Assembly (NCBI GenBank): GCA_963836075.1
Contig: CAWIIB010000009.1
Span: 768,001 to 832,000 of the forward strand
Source: an uncultured Acidobacteriota bacterium
Lineage (GTDB): Bacteria > Acidobacteriota > JAQAZP01
DNA length: 64,000 nucleotides
Reading direction: 5' to 3'
In this document: piece by piece, positions 51,348 through 62,690 of the stretch
Layout of the letters: each line of letters opens with the position of its first letter
Numbering within the stretch: position 1 is the stretch's first letter
Notes under the pieces: generated by a model
Told to the model about the DNA's origin: nothing
Database searches by the model: none
Seen by the model: only the letters and a program-made list of their open reading frames with translations
Made by a program: the position numbers and the translations under genes

Positions 51348-51944
51348 TTACCGGAATTTAATGCTGCAGCCCACGGCCTTGGTCTGTGCCGGGTCGATCT
51401 TCTCACCGGCCAGCATGGCGTCCATGGCGTTCTTCAACCAGATGTCGCCGCCGCTCGGTTTCCGGCCACCATCACCAACGGCGCCCTGGTAGACGAGCTT
51501 GCCCTCGGCGTTGAAGAGGAAAACATCGGGCGTTTTCAGGGCGCCGAAGTTTTTCGCCACACCGGACGTGGCGTCGACCACGAAGGGAAACCCGTACTTT
51601 TCCTCCTTGGCCATGGCCTGCATCTTTTCGAAGGTGTCGCCGGCAACGGCGGGGTCGTTGGAGTTGACGAACACCACGCCGATGCCCTTCTTTGTGTAAG
51701 TGTTGCCCAGCTCGACCATGACGTCCTGCCAGCCGATGACAAACGGGCAGTGGTAGCTGGAGAAGATGACCAGCGTGCCCTTTTCGCCTTTGATGTCGTT
51801 TAGCGAGAGCATCTTTCCGTCGACGTTCTTCATTTTCACGTCGGTATCGACAATGGGATCACCGATGCCAATGCCGGCTGTTGCGGCGGCCACAGCGAAG
51901 ATGGTGATGAACAGGGTTGTTGCGGTCAGACGTTGCAGTTTCAT
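51348..51944 (-). CDS. Exported thioredoxin-fold AhpC/TSA (redoxin) protein
   Basis: Signal peptide, FSSYHCPFV, VNSND, GALKTPDVF, VGCSIK. Confidence 0.85.
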   Translation of the reverse strand: MKLQRLTATTLFITIFAVAAATAGIGIGDPIVDTDVKMKNVDGKMLSLNDIKGEKGTLVIFSSYHCPFVIGWQDVMVELGNTYTKKGIGVVFVNSNDPAVAGDTFEKMQAMAKEEKYGFPFVVDATSGVAKNFGALKTPDVFLFNAEGKLVYQGAVGDGGRKPSGGDIWLKNAMDAMLAGEKIDPAQTKAVGCSIKFR

Positions 51945-51962
51945 GAGGTGGACTCCTAAGGT

Positions 51963-52454
51963 TTAGTTCAAAAGGGTTTCGAGTTGTTCGGCATAGTCTT
52001 CATAGGGACGCTTTCCCTCCCACTCGTGGAGCAGCTTCCCGTCCGCGTAGAAGAAGGAGGCCGGCAATGAACCGGCCCAGTTCGGGGAAAGCGTTTCGAT
52101 GAAGTCCTGGCTGAGATCGGTGGAGACGATGCTGCCCACCGGGCAGTTCTGTTTCAGCAGAAATTTCTCCACCGGCTCGAGCTCGTCGGGATCGTCGCCC
52201 GAGACCAGGATCAGTTCCAGGCCTCGTCCTTCGAATTGCGTGTGGACCTTCATCAGCTCGGGGAATTCGGCTATACACGGCACGCACCAGGTGGCCCAGA
52301 CATGAACCAGGACGACCGGCGCGGTGGACGTTTCGATTCTGGTCTTGATCTCGGCTGGCGTGGCGACCGTTACTTCCGGTGGACCGGGAGCACAGGAAAC
52401 CAGCGCTGCCAGCAGAAGAATTCCAATCACTGGAATTGGGTAATACCTGGTCAT
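51963..52454 (-). CDS. TlpA-like thiol:disulfide lipoprotein
   Basis: Lipobox LVSC, WATWCVPC..E.P. Confidence 0.88.
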   Translation of the reverse strand: MTRYYPIPVIGILLLAALVSCAPGPPEVTVATPAEIKTRIETSTAPVVLVHVWATWCVPCIAEFPELMKVHTQFEGRGLELILVSGDDPDELEPVEKFLLKQNCPVGSIVSTDLSQDFIETLSPNWAGSLPASFFYADGKLLHEWEGKRPYEDYAEQLETLLN

Positions 52455-52872
52455 CGGCGGTCTCCACCTCCTTCACCTCGGCGCTGCTGCGTTTTTATCT
52501 CATCATTCGTTCGTAGTTGATGACTTCCACATATTACATACTCTGAGCATTCTCGAGACGTGCAATCGCAACGTGAAATAGTGGACAGATCCTCATCAGC
52601 CTGCAATTACTCAGGGAATTGAAGGTTCCGGCCGAACGACAGGCGGGAAAGTAAAGCTCACGAGCATCATTTGGCATGGGCAGGGAGGGGCGTAAGATCC
52701 GCAAGTGCCTGGGACTAGAGGGGACAGGCACAAAGCTGCCAGTCACCCCCGGGCGGCCCCGTCCCGGCCCCATCCACCAGTAAAATCAGCTTGCCCGCAG
52801 GGGCTGTCTTTGATAGACTCCGCTATTCCACGATGTCATGTAATCATTTATTGATGTAGAAAGGATACCCCC

Positions 52873-53259
52873 ATGGCCACCGTCCCAACAACCACAGCGG
52901 ATATGAAGGTATGTCCCGAGCGGGAGCCGTTGTCCCGTCGGCCCCTGCTGACGGAGAGCCAGGCGGGCGAGCTCGAATCACTGTTCAAGGTTCTGGGAAA
53001 TCGCCATCGCGTGCGGCTGGTGCACACCCTGGTCAGGGCCGGGGAGATGTGCGTCGGCGACCTGGCAAAAGCCATCGATATGCAGACACAGGCGGTGTCG
53101 AACCAGCTGAAGCACCTGGCCATGCTCGACGTGGTGGTGGCCCGGCGCGATGGGAACAACGTCTACTACAGCGTCATCGACAACTGCGTCATCACCATGA
53201 TCGAGCGGGGCCTCTGTCTGCTGGCCTGCGCCTCCGAAAGTGATCGGGAGAGGGGTTAG
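52873..53259 (+). CDS. ArsR/SmtB family transcriptional regulator
   Basis: LFKVLG...R.RL, EMCVGDLA, AVSNQL..L, RRDGNNVYY; TTGCCC-17-TAGACT promoter at 52791-52819. Confidence 0.9.
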   Translation: MATVPTTTADMKVCPEREPLSRRPLLTESQAGELESLFKVLGNRHRVRLVHTLVRAGEMCVGDLAKAIDMQTQAVSNQLKHLAMLDVVVARRDGNNVYYSVIDNCVITMIERGLCLLACASESDRERG

Positions 53260-53265
53260 GAAGCC

Positions 53266-54441
53266 ATGGCGGATCTGAAGGATTTACGGATCGATCTGCC
53301 GGCGCCCAGGCCGGAGCGAAAGCGTGGCATATCGTGGGGAGCGCCGATCTTTGTGGTCCTGTCGGTAGCACTGCTGGTGCTGCTCTTCGGGAACCCGTTC
53401 AAGGGCGGTACCACCGAGAGCGCAGCCGGCGTCAACGGCACTGGCGGCTCCGCGGCTCCTTCCCGGCAAACGGCCGCCCAGGCGGATGCGGGGACGCCGG
53501 TGACCGATGGCGGCTTTACCGCCGGCGGCTACCTGGAAGCGATTCCGCCGGGGCCCCTGGTGGTGTCAGCGCTGATCGGCGGCCGGGTGGCATCGATCGA
53601 GGTGATCCCGGGTCAGCACGTCAGGGCCGGGGATCCGGTGGCGACCCTCGATGAGACGCAGCTCAGACAGGAATTTCAACTGCAGGTCTCCCAGGTCAGT
53701 ATCGCCCGGCGCAAGCTGGAGCTGGTCAATGCCGGGTTCCGCGGCGAAGAGATCGATGCGGCCCGGGCCGACCGGGAGAGCCATCAGGCAAAGCTGGCGC
53801 AGGCCGAGGCGGAGTTCGGGCGGATTGACGCGATGTACAAGGAAGGCGTGGTCTCGGTGAACGAGCTGGATGAGGCTCGCTCACACTACGAACAGGCGGT
53901 TGCCGACCTGGAAGCCGTGGAGGCGCGTCTGACGCTGTACCGGTCGGGATCCCGGGCAGAAGAGATCGCTCTTGCCCGGGCCGAGCTGGAAGCGGCGGAA
54001 GCAAAGCTCTCCTATATCGAGTGGGAACTGGAGCAATGTCTGGTTCTGACGCCGGTGAGCGGGCTGGTCACGGAACAGTTCACCCAGCCCGGCGCGTGGG
54101 TGGAACCGGGAACCGATGACCGGCTCTCGTCGGCGCTGGTCAGCATTCTCGACCCGACGCGGATCCAGGCCTGGGTGGATGTGAACCAGCGGGACAGCGC
54201 GGGGCTCCATATCGGCCAGCAGGCCTGGTTGACCACCGATGCCTACCCGGGGCGGAGGATCGCCGGCGAGGTGATCCAGATCATGCCGTTGGCCAACCTG
54301 CAGAAAAACACGGTCCAGGCGAAGCTGGCCATCGGAGACCCGCCGGCGGATTTCCGGCCGGAGCTGAGCGTGAAGATCGAGTTCCTGAGGGGTGCCACCA
54401 GCAGCGGCACAGCCACTTCCCAACGGGAGAAGATGCAGTGA
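53266..54441 (+). CDS. Efflux periplasmic adaptor (HlyD/MacA-like)
   Basis: N-terminal TM, lipoyl-like GRV..I.V.PGQ.V..GD, long coiled coil, beta-barrel. Confidence 0.88.
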   Translation: MADLKDLRIDLPAPRPERKRGISWGAPIFVVLSVALLVLLFGNPFKGGTTESAAGVNGTGGSAAPSRQTAAQADAGTPVTDGGFTAGGYLEAIPPGPLVVSALIGGRVASIEVIPGQHVRAGDPVATLDETQLRQEFQLQVSQVSIARRKLELVNAGFRGEEIDAARADRESHQAKLAQAEAEFGRIDAMYKEGVVSVNELDEARSHYEQAVADLEAVEARLTLYRSGSRAEEIALARAELEAAEAKLSYIEWELEQCLVLTPVSGLVTEQFTQPGAWVEPGTDDRLSSALVSILDPTRIQAWVDVNQRDSAGLHIGQQAWLTTDAYPGRRIAGEVIQIMPLANLQKNTVQAKLAIGDPPADFRPELSVKIEFLRGATSSGTATSQREKMQ

Positions 54442-55136
54442 TGGAGCGAAACCCGACAGCGATCCAACTGCTCGATGTCACCAGGACCTACACCAAGGCC
54501 GGAAACGACGTCACCCCCCTGCAGCGGGCGAATCTTACCGTCACCGCCGGTGAGTTCGTGGTGATGATGGGCCCGTCGGGCAGCGGGAAATCAACGCTGC
54601 TCAACCTGGTGGCCGGGATCGACAAGCCGAGCAGCGGCCGGGTGGTGGTTTCCGGTGAGGATATCACCGACTTCACCGAAGACGAGCTCGCCGGGTGGCG
54701 CTCCCGCGCCATCGGATATGTTTTCCAGCAGTTCAACCTGATGCCGATCCTGACGGCGTACGAAAACGTGGAGCTGCCGCTGCTGCTGATGCCGCTCAGT
54801 GCCGCCCAGCGGCGCAAGCTGGTGGAGACCGCCCTGGAAGTGGTGGACCTGGGCGACCGGTCGGATCACTATCCGCGACAGCTCTCCGGCGGGCAGGAAC
54901 AGCGGGTGGCCATCGCCCGGGCCATCGCCACTGACCCGCAACTGATCCTGGCCGACGAGCCGACGGGAAACCTCGATCGTGACAGTGCCGAAACGGTGAT
55001 GACCATCCTGGCAAAACTGAACCGGGACTTCGGCAAGACGGTTCTGCTGGTGACCCATGATCCTCATGTGGCGGCCTTCGGCAGCCGGGTGATGCAGCTG
55101 GACAAGGGCGAGCTGAGCGAGAAAGCAGCGGGATGA
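54438..55136 (+). CDS. ABC transporter ATP-binding protein (MacB/LolD type)
   Basis: [33 protein letters not shown]. Confidence 0.95.
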   Translation: MMERNPTAIQLLDVTRTYTKAGNDVTPLQRANLTVTAGEFVVMMGPSGSGKSTLLNLVAGIDKPSSGRVVVSGEDITDFTEDELAGWRSRAIGYVFQQFNLMPILTAYENVELPLLLMPLSAAQRRKLVETALEVVDLGDRSDHYPRQLSGGQEQRVAIARAIATDPQLILADEPTGNLDRDSAETVMTILAKLNRDFGKTVLLVTHDPHVAAFGSRVMQLDKGELSEKAAG

Positions 55137-56278
55137 AGTTCGTATCGCTGATCCTGAAGAACATGGTCCGCAGCAAGGTGCGTTCTTTGCTCACCTTTGT
55201 GGCGATCATGATCAGTGTCTTCATCTTCGCCTCCCTGCTCAGCCTGGATAATGGCGTGCAGCAGATGATCAAATCCACCGGCGGTGACCAGATACTGATC
55301 GTCTTCGAGAAGTACAAAGCCTGTCCGCCGTACAGCCGGCTGCCGGTGCACTACGCCGACCAGATCGAACAGCTGCCCCACGTGACCTCGGTGATGCCGG
55401 TGCGCTTTCTGCTTTCCTTCTGCGGCACCACCACCGACCTGGTGTCGATACACGGCATCGAGCCCGACCGGCTGCGCCGGTTCCGGAAGCTGGACCTGCC
55501 GGATGAGCACTACGAGGCCTTTGCCGGTGAACGGGGCGCGGCCATCGTGGGCCGCAACATCGCGGCCAAGTATGGCTGGCAGGTCGGGCAGCAGGTGACG
55601 CTGCCGCAGCTGCGGGGGATCAGCTTCACGGTGCGCGGGATCTACGACGCCCCGGGCAGCAGCCTGGAAGAGGTGGTGCTGGTGGACCGGGAGTATCTCG
55701 AAACCACGATCAACGAAATCGGCGTGACCACCATGTTTCTCGTCGAAGTGGATGATCCGGCCCGGCTCGGCACAACGGGGGCGATCATCGACGGGATGAC
55801 CGCCAACTCTGACAAGCAGACCAAGAGCGGCCCCGAGCGGGGGTTCATCTCCGATCAGATCTCGGGATTCAAGGAGCTGGTTCACTTTTCACAGCTGGTG
55901 GCCTACGCGGCGCTGCTGATGCTGCTGGCGGCAGTGGCCAACAGCGTCTCGATGAGCGTGCGGGAACGGCTGCGGGAAACGGCGGTGATGAAGCTGCTCG
56001 GCTTTGACCGCCGCCAGGTGGCGCGACTGATACTGGTGGAGACGGCGCTGCTGGGACTTCTGGCGGCGCTGGTTGGCGTGGGCTTTGCCTGGCTGGTGGT
56101 GACCCTGGGCCACGTGTCGATCAGCGTGGAAGGGTTCACCATGTACCCCACCCTCACCTGGCGCATCGCCACCGGAGCGGTGGCGGTGGGGCTGATCCTG
56201 ACCACCGTGGCCACCTGGCTGCCGGCCCTGGGCAATGCGCGACGGCCGATCATCGATGCGCTGAGAGGGGTGGACTGA
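55133..56278 (+). CDS. ABC transporter permease (MacB/FtsX family)
   Basis: RSLLT, periplasmic domain, SVRER.RE.AVMKLLGF, 4 TM. Confidence 0.9.
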   Translation: MKFVSLILKNMVRSKVRSLLTFVAIMISVFIFASLLSLDNGVQQMIKSTGGDQILIVFEKYKACPPYSRLPVHYADQIEQLPHVTSVMPVRFLLSFCGTTTDLVSIHGIEPDRLRRFRKLDLPDEHYEAFAGERGAAIVGRNIAAKYGWQVGQQVTLPQLRGISFTVRGIYDAPGSSLEEVVLVDREYLETTINEIGVTTMFLVEVDDPARLGTTGAIIDGMTANSDKQTKSGPERGFISDQISGFKELVHFSQLVAYAALLMLLAAVANSVSMSVRERLRETAVMKLLGFDRRQVARLILVETALLGLLAALVGVGFAWLVVTLGHVSISVEGFTMYPTLTWRIATGAVAVGLILTTVATWLPALGNARRPIIDALRGVD

Positions 56279-56279
56279 G

Positions 56280-57434
56280 ATGCGGCTGCCGCTGAAATAC
56301 AATCTGAAATCGATCATGCAGCGCCCGGTGCGCAGTCTGCTGGCCGTGCTGGGCATCGGAATGGCGATCAGTCTGTCGGTGATCATGATGGGATTGACCC
56401 AGGGGCTGATCGGTTCGACGGCGGCCACGGGGGATGAGCGAAACGTGCTGGTGCTCAGCAAGGGCGCCGAATCGGTCGAGTTCAGTGCCCTCGATCCCCA
56501 GGTGCTGCACATCTTCGGTGCTGCCAGCGGAGTATCCACTACCGATGGAGAGGCGCTGGCCAGTCCCGAAGTCTACATCAACTCCCTGGTTTCCCTGGCC
56601 GGTAGCGACGCCACGCCGGTGCCGGTGATCACCCGGGGCGTGCGGGAGGTGGCCTATGCCGTGCATCCCCAGATCAGGGTGGTGCACGGCCGGGCGCCGC
56701 GGCGGGGGTTCGAGGTTGCCGTGGGCCCCCTGGTGGCCACACGACTTGGTTTGACCGAAGGGCAACTGAATATCGGTGACCGGCTGCAGTTCGAGGGAGA
56801 GAGCTGGGAGATTACCGGGATGCTCAGTGCGCCGGGGACGGCCCACGAATCGGAGATCTGGGCGCCCCTGGAAGACCTGATGGTGGCGTCGAAGAGGACT
56901 GACTACTCGATGCTGGTGCTGCAGACCGAAGACGTGGAGAGTCGGGATGCGCTGCTCTTCGACCTGAGAACACGGACCGATGTTCGCACCACCTGTCATG
57001 CCGAGGCCGAGTATTACGGCAGCGAGGCGGAGCGGCTGAAGCCGCTGCAGGCGGTGACGCTGGTGATGACGGTGATGCTCGTCTTCGGCGGGCTGATGGC
57101 CGGGATGAACACGATGTACACCAGCGTGATGGGCCGGGTGCGGGAGATGGCGGTGCTGCAGGTGACCGGGTACCGCCGGCGTGACGTGCTGGCCGGTTTC
57201 CTGTTAGAAGGCGTGGTGCTCAGCCTGGTCGGCGGGCTGGCGGGCTGTCTGGCCGGACTGCTGGTGAACGGGCTGCCGATGAAGTTTTCCATGAGCGCCT
57301 TTCGGTTTCAGGTGGATGGGAACGTGATGGCCGTCGGGTTTATGATGGCGATGGCCATAGGTGTTATCGGCACGCTGGTGCCGGTGATGAGAATCGCACG
57401 ACAGCAAATCGCTGAAGGATTGCGGGCGAACTAG
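56280..57434 (+). CDS. ABC transporter permease (MacB/FtsX family)
   Basis: NTMYTSV.GR.RE.AVL...G, 4 TM. Confidence 0.9.
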   Translation: MRLPLKYNLKSIMQRPVRSLLAVLGIGMAISLSVIMMGLTQGLIGSTAATGDERNVLVLSKGAESVEFSALDPQVLHIFGAASGVSTTDGEALASPEVYINSLVSLAGSDATPVPVITRGVREVAYAVHPQIRVVHGRAPRRGFEVAVGPLVATRLGLTEGQLNIGDRLQFEGESWEITGMLSAPGTAHESEIWAPLEDLMVASKRTDYSMLVLQTEDVESRDALLFDLRTRTDVRTTCHAEAEYYGSEAERLKPLQAVTLVMTVMLVFGGLMAGMNTMYTSVMGRVREMAVLQVTGYRRRDVLAGFLLEGVVLSLVGGLAGCLAGLLVNGLPMKFSMSAFRFQVDGNVMAVGFMMAMAIGVIGTLVPVMRIARQQIAEGLRAN

Positions 57435-57478
57435 TCGCCACTGAAAAGGCGGCACGACCGCTTTGGAAAGATGGAGCA

Positions 57479-57982
57479 ATGAACAGATTGAAAAACGTGT
57501 TGGCCCTTGGTCTGGTGATGAGCGTGCTGGTGATCTGCTCCTGCGGAGGGGGGGGAAGCGATACGGCCACGACGGACCCTGAAACTGCTGCGGCCGTCAG
57601 CTATACACCCCTCGCCGGCGGAACGCTGTCTGTTGATGGTTCCGGCGCCGTGCCGATTATCAGCGTTGCCCAGCTGGACAAGGATCCCGGATCCTTTGCC
57701 GGAACGGTGGCCATCGAAGGCAAGGTCTCGGAGCGGTTCGAAGACCGGTTCGCCTTCATCATGGTTGATTGCGCGCGAATGGACGGTTGTGCCAGTGACT
57801 GCTGTTCCCCGGCAACGGTGCCGATCCGGCTGGCGCGGAGCGAGTATCGCGGCGAGCTGCCGGCGCTGAAGGACAATGTGATCGTGGTGGGGGCGCTGAA
57901 GGTTACCGAAACGGGATACGAGCTGGAGGTTGCCCAGGTTCGGCGTGGTGAAGACACCCTGCTGGAGAAGAAGGGCAGCTGA
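57479..57982 (+). CDS. Hypothetical lipoprotein, Cys-cluster, possible OB fold
   Basis: Lipobox ICSC, V.IEGKV, CARMDGCASDCC. Confidence 0.65.
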   Translation: MNRLKNVLALGLVMSVLVICSCGGGGSDTATTDPETAAAVSYTPLAGGTLSVDGSGAVPIISVAQLDKDPGSFAGTVAIEGKVSERFEDRFAFIMVDCARMDGCASDCCSPATVPIRLARSEYRGELPALKDNVIVVGALKVTETGYELEVAQVRRGEDTLLEKKGS

Positions 57983-58244
57983 CATCACCACCGCCGGGGT
58001 CGGTGCCTGCTGCTGGAAGTTTGTGGTGAAACGAGCTTATGCGCGTACCAGGCTACCGGCTCACCTTCGTTGTTGTGACTCCCTCAGCAGTGCCCACAGT
58101 CCCCATGCCCCCCATGAGGCAATCACAGACACACGATCCGAAACATAGGGTCGAAGCAAGAGCGTAGCTTCTGCTGGCAAAGCAGGGCGCTCATTCGGTG
58201 AATCTGCTGGTTCGGATTCTTGTATCATCACACACTTCCTCGAT

Positions 58245-59429
58245 TCAATGAGGCAGCACTACTCCTGAAGGTTGGAGCTGGGCCGGGGCAGTGTCGATAT
58301 CCTCAAGTTGCTCATCCTCTTTCCACTGACGCAATTCGTCTGAGGACGCAGGGTTTGCTCCAGTGAGCAAATCCAGTAGCCTATAGTAGTTATCCCTGTG
58401 TACATTATGGCGCGGGCCACCGGTGGATGACCAGAACGTCTTGTGCGCGACGACCATGTCCAACTCGGGCAGGACGGTTATCCACTGACCGTGTGCGCCA
58501 GCGGCGGTGTAAGCACTTTTGTAAGGCCCGGTCGCAAACGAACCATCCCAAACCCACCACATGTAACCATAACCGAATCTCCCAGACTGCATGAACTCTG
58601 GATGCTGTTCTGAGATTGGAATCACCACCCTCGTGCTGCACTTCACCCAATCAGCCGGGATGATCTGACGATCCCGCCATCTGCCGTCCCTCAGCATCAG
58701 ATAACCGAGCCGTGCCATGTCTTGCGTCGAAAGAAACATGGTGTAGGCTGGATACTGCGAGTTTTCAGGCTTTTCATCCTTCTGTTGTCTCTCACGATCG
58801 AAATCCTGCATCCCGATTGGAATCGCCAGATCATTGTGCAGGGCATCGTAAATGTCCTTGCCCGTCATCCTTTCGAATACAGCGCCAGCCGCATTGAAAT
58901 CCCAATTGTTGTAAAGCCAGTAGTTTCCCGGTTCCTGGCTACCACGTTCAGGTGCGTATTCGAGCAGATCCCCGTCATTCGAAGCAAGGTGATAAACGCC
59001 TGAGCGTGCCGTGATCAGATCAAACACCCTTGCCCGCTCTTCAATCGGCAACAGCCCGCCGACATCCGACATGCCGAGTTCCTTCAGTGTTGCATCGAGA
59101 CGGATCACCCCGTTTGTGACATAAGGTCCATACAGCATCGATAGCACGCTTTTACGCACGGAGGCGACGTAACTGACCTCGGCCACATCCCCATACTGGT
59201 ACACAACCTTGCCACTTTTCACGACCATGAGACCGGTCGTTTCGAGTGTGCGAACGAATGCGCTCACTTCACTGACTAACTTTGGCGAGAGGGTCGACGG
59301 GTTCTGTTCCCAATTTGCCCCAGGAAAGATCCGCTTTGGAGAAGTCGTGCAACCCGTTCCACTAAGGAACAACAAGGCCGCTAAACTGTAAGCGCATAGC
59401 GCACCGAAAAGAACCCTCCGATTTCGCAT
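58245..59429 (-). CDS. Serine hydrolase, beta-lactamase family (lipoprotein), integron gene cassette
   Basis: SVRKS (SxxK), YNNWDFN, DMARLG.L.L..G.W, YGYMWW, G..GQ; starts 22 bp after a GTTCGGC core; half attC (TCCGAAC-5nt-GATTCACC) at about 58194-58216. Confidence 0.85.
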   Translation of the reverse strand: MRNRRVLFGALCAYSLAALLFLSGTGCTTSPKRIFPGANWEQNPSTLSPKLVSEVSAFVRTLETTGLMVVKSGKVVYQYGDVAEVSYVASVRKSVLSMLYGPYVTNGVIRLDATLKELGMSDVGGLLPIEERARVFDLITARSGVYHLASNDGDLLEYAPERGSQEPGNYWLYNNWDFNAAGAVFERMTGKDIYDALHNDLAIPIGMQDFDRERQQKDEKPENSQYPAYTMFLSTQDMARLGYLMLRDGRWRDRQIIPADWVKCSTRVVIPISEQHPEFMQSGRFGYGYMWWVWDGSFATGPYKSAYTAAGAHGQWITVLPELDMVVAHKTFWSSTGGPRHNVHRDNYYRLLDLLTGANPASSDELRQWKEDEQLEDIDTAPAQLQPSGVVLPH

Positions 59430-59450
59430 AAAGGATATGGCTCCAATTTT

Positions 59451-59532
59451 GCCGAACGTCTTGAATGAACCGCTTCGGGTTGGCCGCGCTTCTGTGCGGC
59501 TAATCCGAAGCGGTTCATTCAAGACGTTGGGC
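59451..59532 (-). mobile_element. attC-like site
   Basis: GCCCAAC...long inverted repeat...GTTCGGC between two co-oriented low-GC genes. Confidence 0.72.
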
Positions 59533-59543
59533 AGTCAGTTCTT

Positions 59544-59822
59544 TCACTCAATCGGGCCAGAGACGATTCCTTCGACCCCTGCCTTAGCTTTCTCAACATT
59601 ATTGTAGTATCCACCACCTTTGTCGAACGTGCAGCCACCACCCGGATTTTCGTACCACACTGAAACGCATGGCATGATCTTGTCCTCTGCTTTGGGACCA
59701 TCCTCTGGATCAGAGAATGCAGGCCAGACCTCCTCTTTCTGGATGACAATATGACACGGTATCGTTCCGTCGTACATCCATGTGCCTCGTGCAACGATTC
59801 TTTTGGGATCTGGTTCCATCAT
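59544..59822 (-). CDS. Hypothetical protein, integron gene cassette
   Basis: Short ORF starting 6 bp after a GTTGGGC core and ending 12 bp before the attC-like site. Confidence 0.65.
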   Translation of the reverse strand: MMEPDPKRIVARGTWMYDGTIPCHIVIQKEEVWPAFSDPEDGPKAEDKIMPCVSVWYENPGGGCTFDKGGGYYNNVEKAKAGVEGIVSGPIE

Positions 59823-59827
59823 CTTCG

Positions 59828-59860
59828 GCCCAACCACTGATTAACTGGAATTCCGTATAT
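59828..59860 (-). mobile_element. attI-like recombination site, copy 2
   Basis: ATATACGGAATTCCAGTTAATCAGTG-GTTGGGC; 24/33 identical to 42611-42643 by hand count. Confidence 0.55.
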
Positions 59861-59961
59861 GCAGATCCATGCAGTGCTGGAGGTTTCTTTCAAAGCCTTG
59901 GACGTCTTGGTTCGTTATTGGCATGAGAGCGGTGTAACCTTCAAGGAATCTTTTGCTTATG

Positions 59962-61041
59962 CTACACGCAGAGCAGGCCGTCCCTGATGGCCGTCTTCCT
60001 CGTTCCGTCCGGAAAGATAAAGTCGAGCCGAGCGCAGACGATTGGGTTGCCCCGGGCATAGACGATGTCCACGTGACACACCTTGTCGGGTGAGGAGAAG
60101 TCCTCGACACCCACCGTGCCGCCAAGGTGATCGCTTCTGCCATAGGCCCAGTGGAAGCCCGCCTTCTCGTCCTCGAGAATATTGCCGGTGACGACGGCCT
60201 TGTCGTTGCAGCCGATGGCAACCTCGGCAATGTTGCTCACCGCCGCCTCCTCGCGACACTCCTGCCGCTTCTTCGCGGCAATCGGCCCATCCCCCCTGAC
60301 GTCGATGATCCGGTTGTTCCTCACGAGGAACACGACGGTCTCGTCGCCGAAGACAGCGGGGATCTCGCCGGCCGTGCGGCTGTCCTCCGCCTCGTTCGGG
60401 CAGGTACAGACCTCTCCGGCAGGGAGGTTCGAGAGTCGGATGACGTCATCGCCGGCATCCGGGTGCAGCTGGCCGTTGTCCTGGAAGACCGCGTTGCGGT
60501 CCGAAACATCGAAGTAGCAGGTGTGCCCGGTCGAGAAGGTCACTTCGACGCCGTCCGCCCTCTCGAAAAACGGCGCGATCCTGGCACACACCGCATCCAC
60601 ATGCCCGTAGTCGGCGGAGAGCGCAGTCTCTTCCATGGACCTGGCGACCGTCGGCATGCTGGCGGCGCGCAGGTTCGGGAAGGCCTTGGTGAAGCCGAGC
60701 AGCGGCGCCGAGGCCGAATACTGGGGCATCGAAATCACGATCGTGGAATCCCTGATGACGTCTTCGAGACGAATTCTCTCGCTGCCGCACTTCCCGTATT
60801 CCGGCATATCGGCATTGTGAGACCCGGTTGCTTCGTAGGTGACGATGGGGTTGACGGTCACACCGTAGCCCCTGGCGAAGCCCGCGATCTGCCGGTGCCA
60901 GTCATCCGCCATCTCCCGGCGGTCCCGCCATTCCTCGCGGTCTTGAATCCCACCGTACGGCAGGTCGTGGATGATCGTCACCACATCCCCGCTCCGGGGA
61001 GCGAACACGTCCACGAACAGTTTTTCGAGCTCAAAGGCCAT
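59962..61041 (-). CDS. M29-like (thermophilic metalloprotease/aminopeptidase) family protein
   Basis: NLPAGEV, NIAEVAIG.N..A...GNILEDEK..H.A.G, HVD; GGAGG RBS. Confidence 0.75.
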   Translation of the reverse strand: MAFELEKLFVDVFAPRSGDVVTIIHDLPYGGIQDREEWRDRREMADDWHRQIAGFARGYGVTVNPIVTYEATGSHNADMPEYGKCGSERIRLEDVIRDSTIVISMPQYSASAPLLGFTKAFPNLRAASMPTVARSMEETALSADYGHVDAVCARIAPFFERADGVEVTFSTGHTCYFDVSDRNAVFQDNGQLHPDAGDDVIRLSNLPAGEVCTCPNEAEDSRTAGEIPAVFGDETVVFLVRNNRIIDVRGDGPIAAKKRQECREEAAVSNIAEVAIGCNDKAVVTGNILEDEKAGFHWAYGRSDHLGGTVGVEDFSSPDKVCHVDIVYARGNPIVCARLDFIFPDGTRKTAIRDGLLCV

Positions 61042-61112
61042 GAGTGGCACCTCCTGTGGTCAATGTAGCGCATGCGGGGCTCATCTTCAACGCTGTTGTG
61101 AAAACCAAAAAT

Positions 61113-61179
61113 GGGGACGATTACCTGTTTCCGTTCAAGCTGCAGAATCAATTGTTTACGGAAACAGGTAAGCGTCCCC
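61113..61179. repeat. GGGGAC-terminated palindromic element
   Basis: GGGGACGATTACCTGTTTCCG...CGGAAACAGGTAAGCGTCCCC. Confidence 0.65.
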
Positions 61180-61188
61180 ACTTCCAAA

Positions 61189-61256
61189 GGTAGCAAAATC
61201 GCTACCCGAAGGGCTCCGGTTCGTGATATGATCGCAGGGTAGCAATATTGCTACCC
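61189..61256. promoter_or_regulatory. Two palindromic operator sites (GGTAGC-N6-GCTACC)
   Basis: GGTAGCAAAATCGCTACC (61189-61206) and perfect GGGTAGCAATATTGCTACCC (61237-61256). Confidence 0.6.
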
Positions 61257-61271
61257 GGAGGATGCCGACTG

Positions 61272-62600
<1,329 letters not shown>

Positions 62601-62690
62601 GTCCGGCACAATCACTTGCACCCGGCAATCGAGTCTGTCACGCTTGCCGGCGAATCAGGTGTTGGACCGACTGGAAAAGGTGTGTATATC

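Noticed and set aside
58020-58216. Complete attC downstream of the serine hydrolase
   Set aside because: Only the inverse core and left L box are clear; no correctly spaced GTTRRRY partner, so it is treated as a remnant.
58245-59429. Antibiotic-resistance beta-lactamase
   Set aside because: Motifs support only the broad serine hydrolase family; activity on beta-lactams cannot be inferred.
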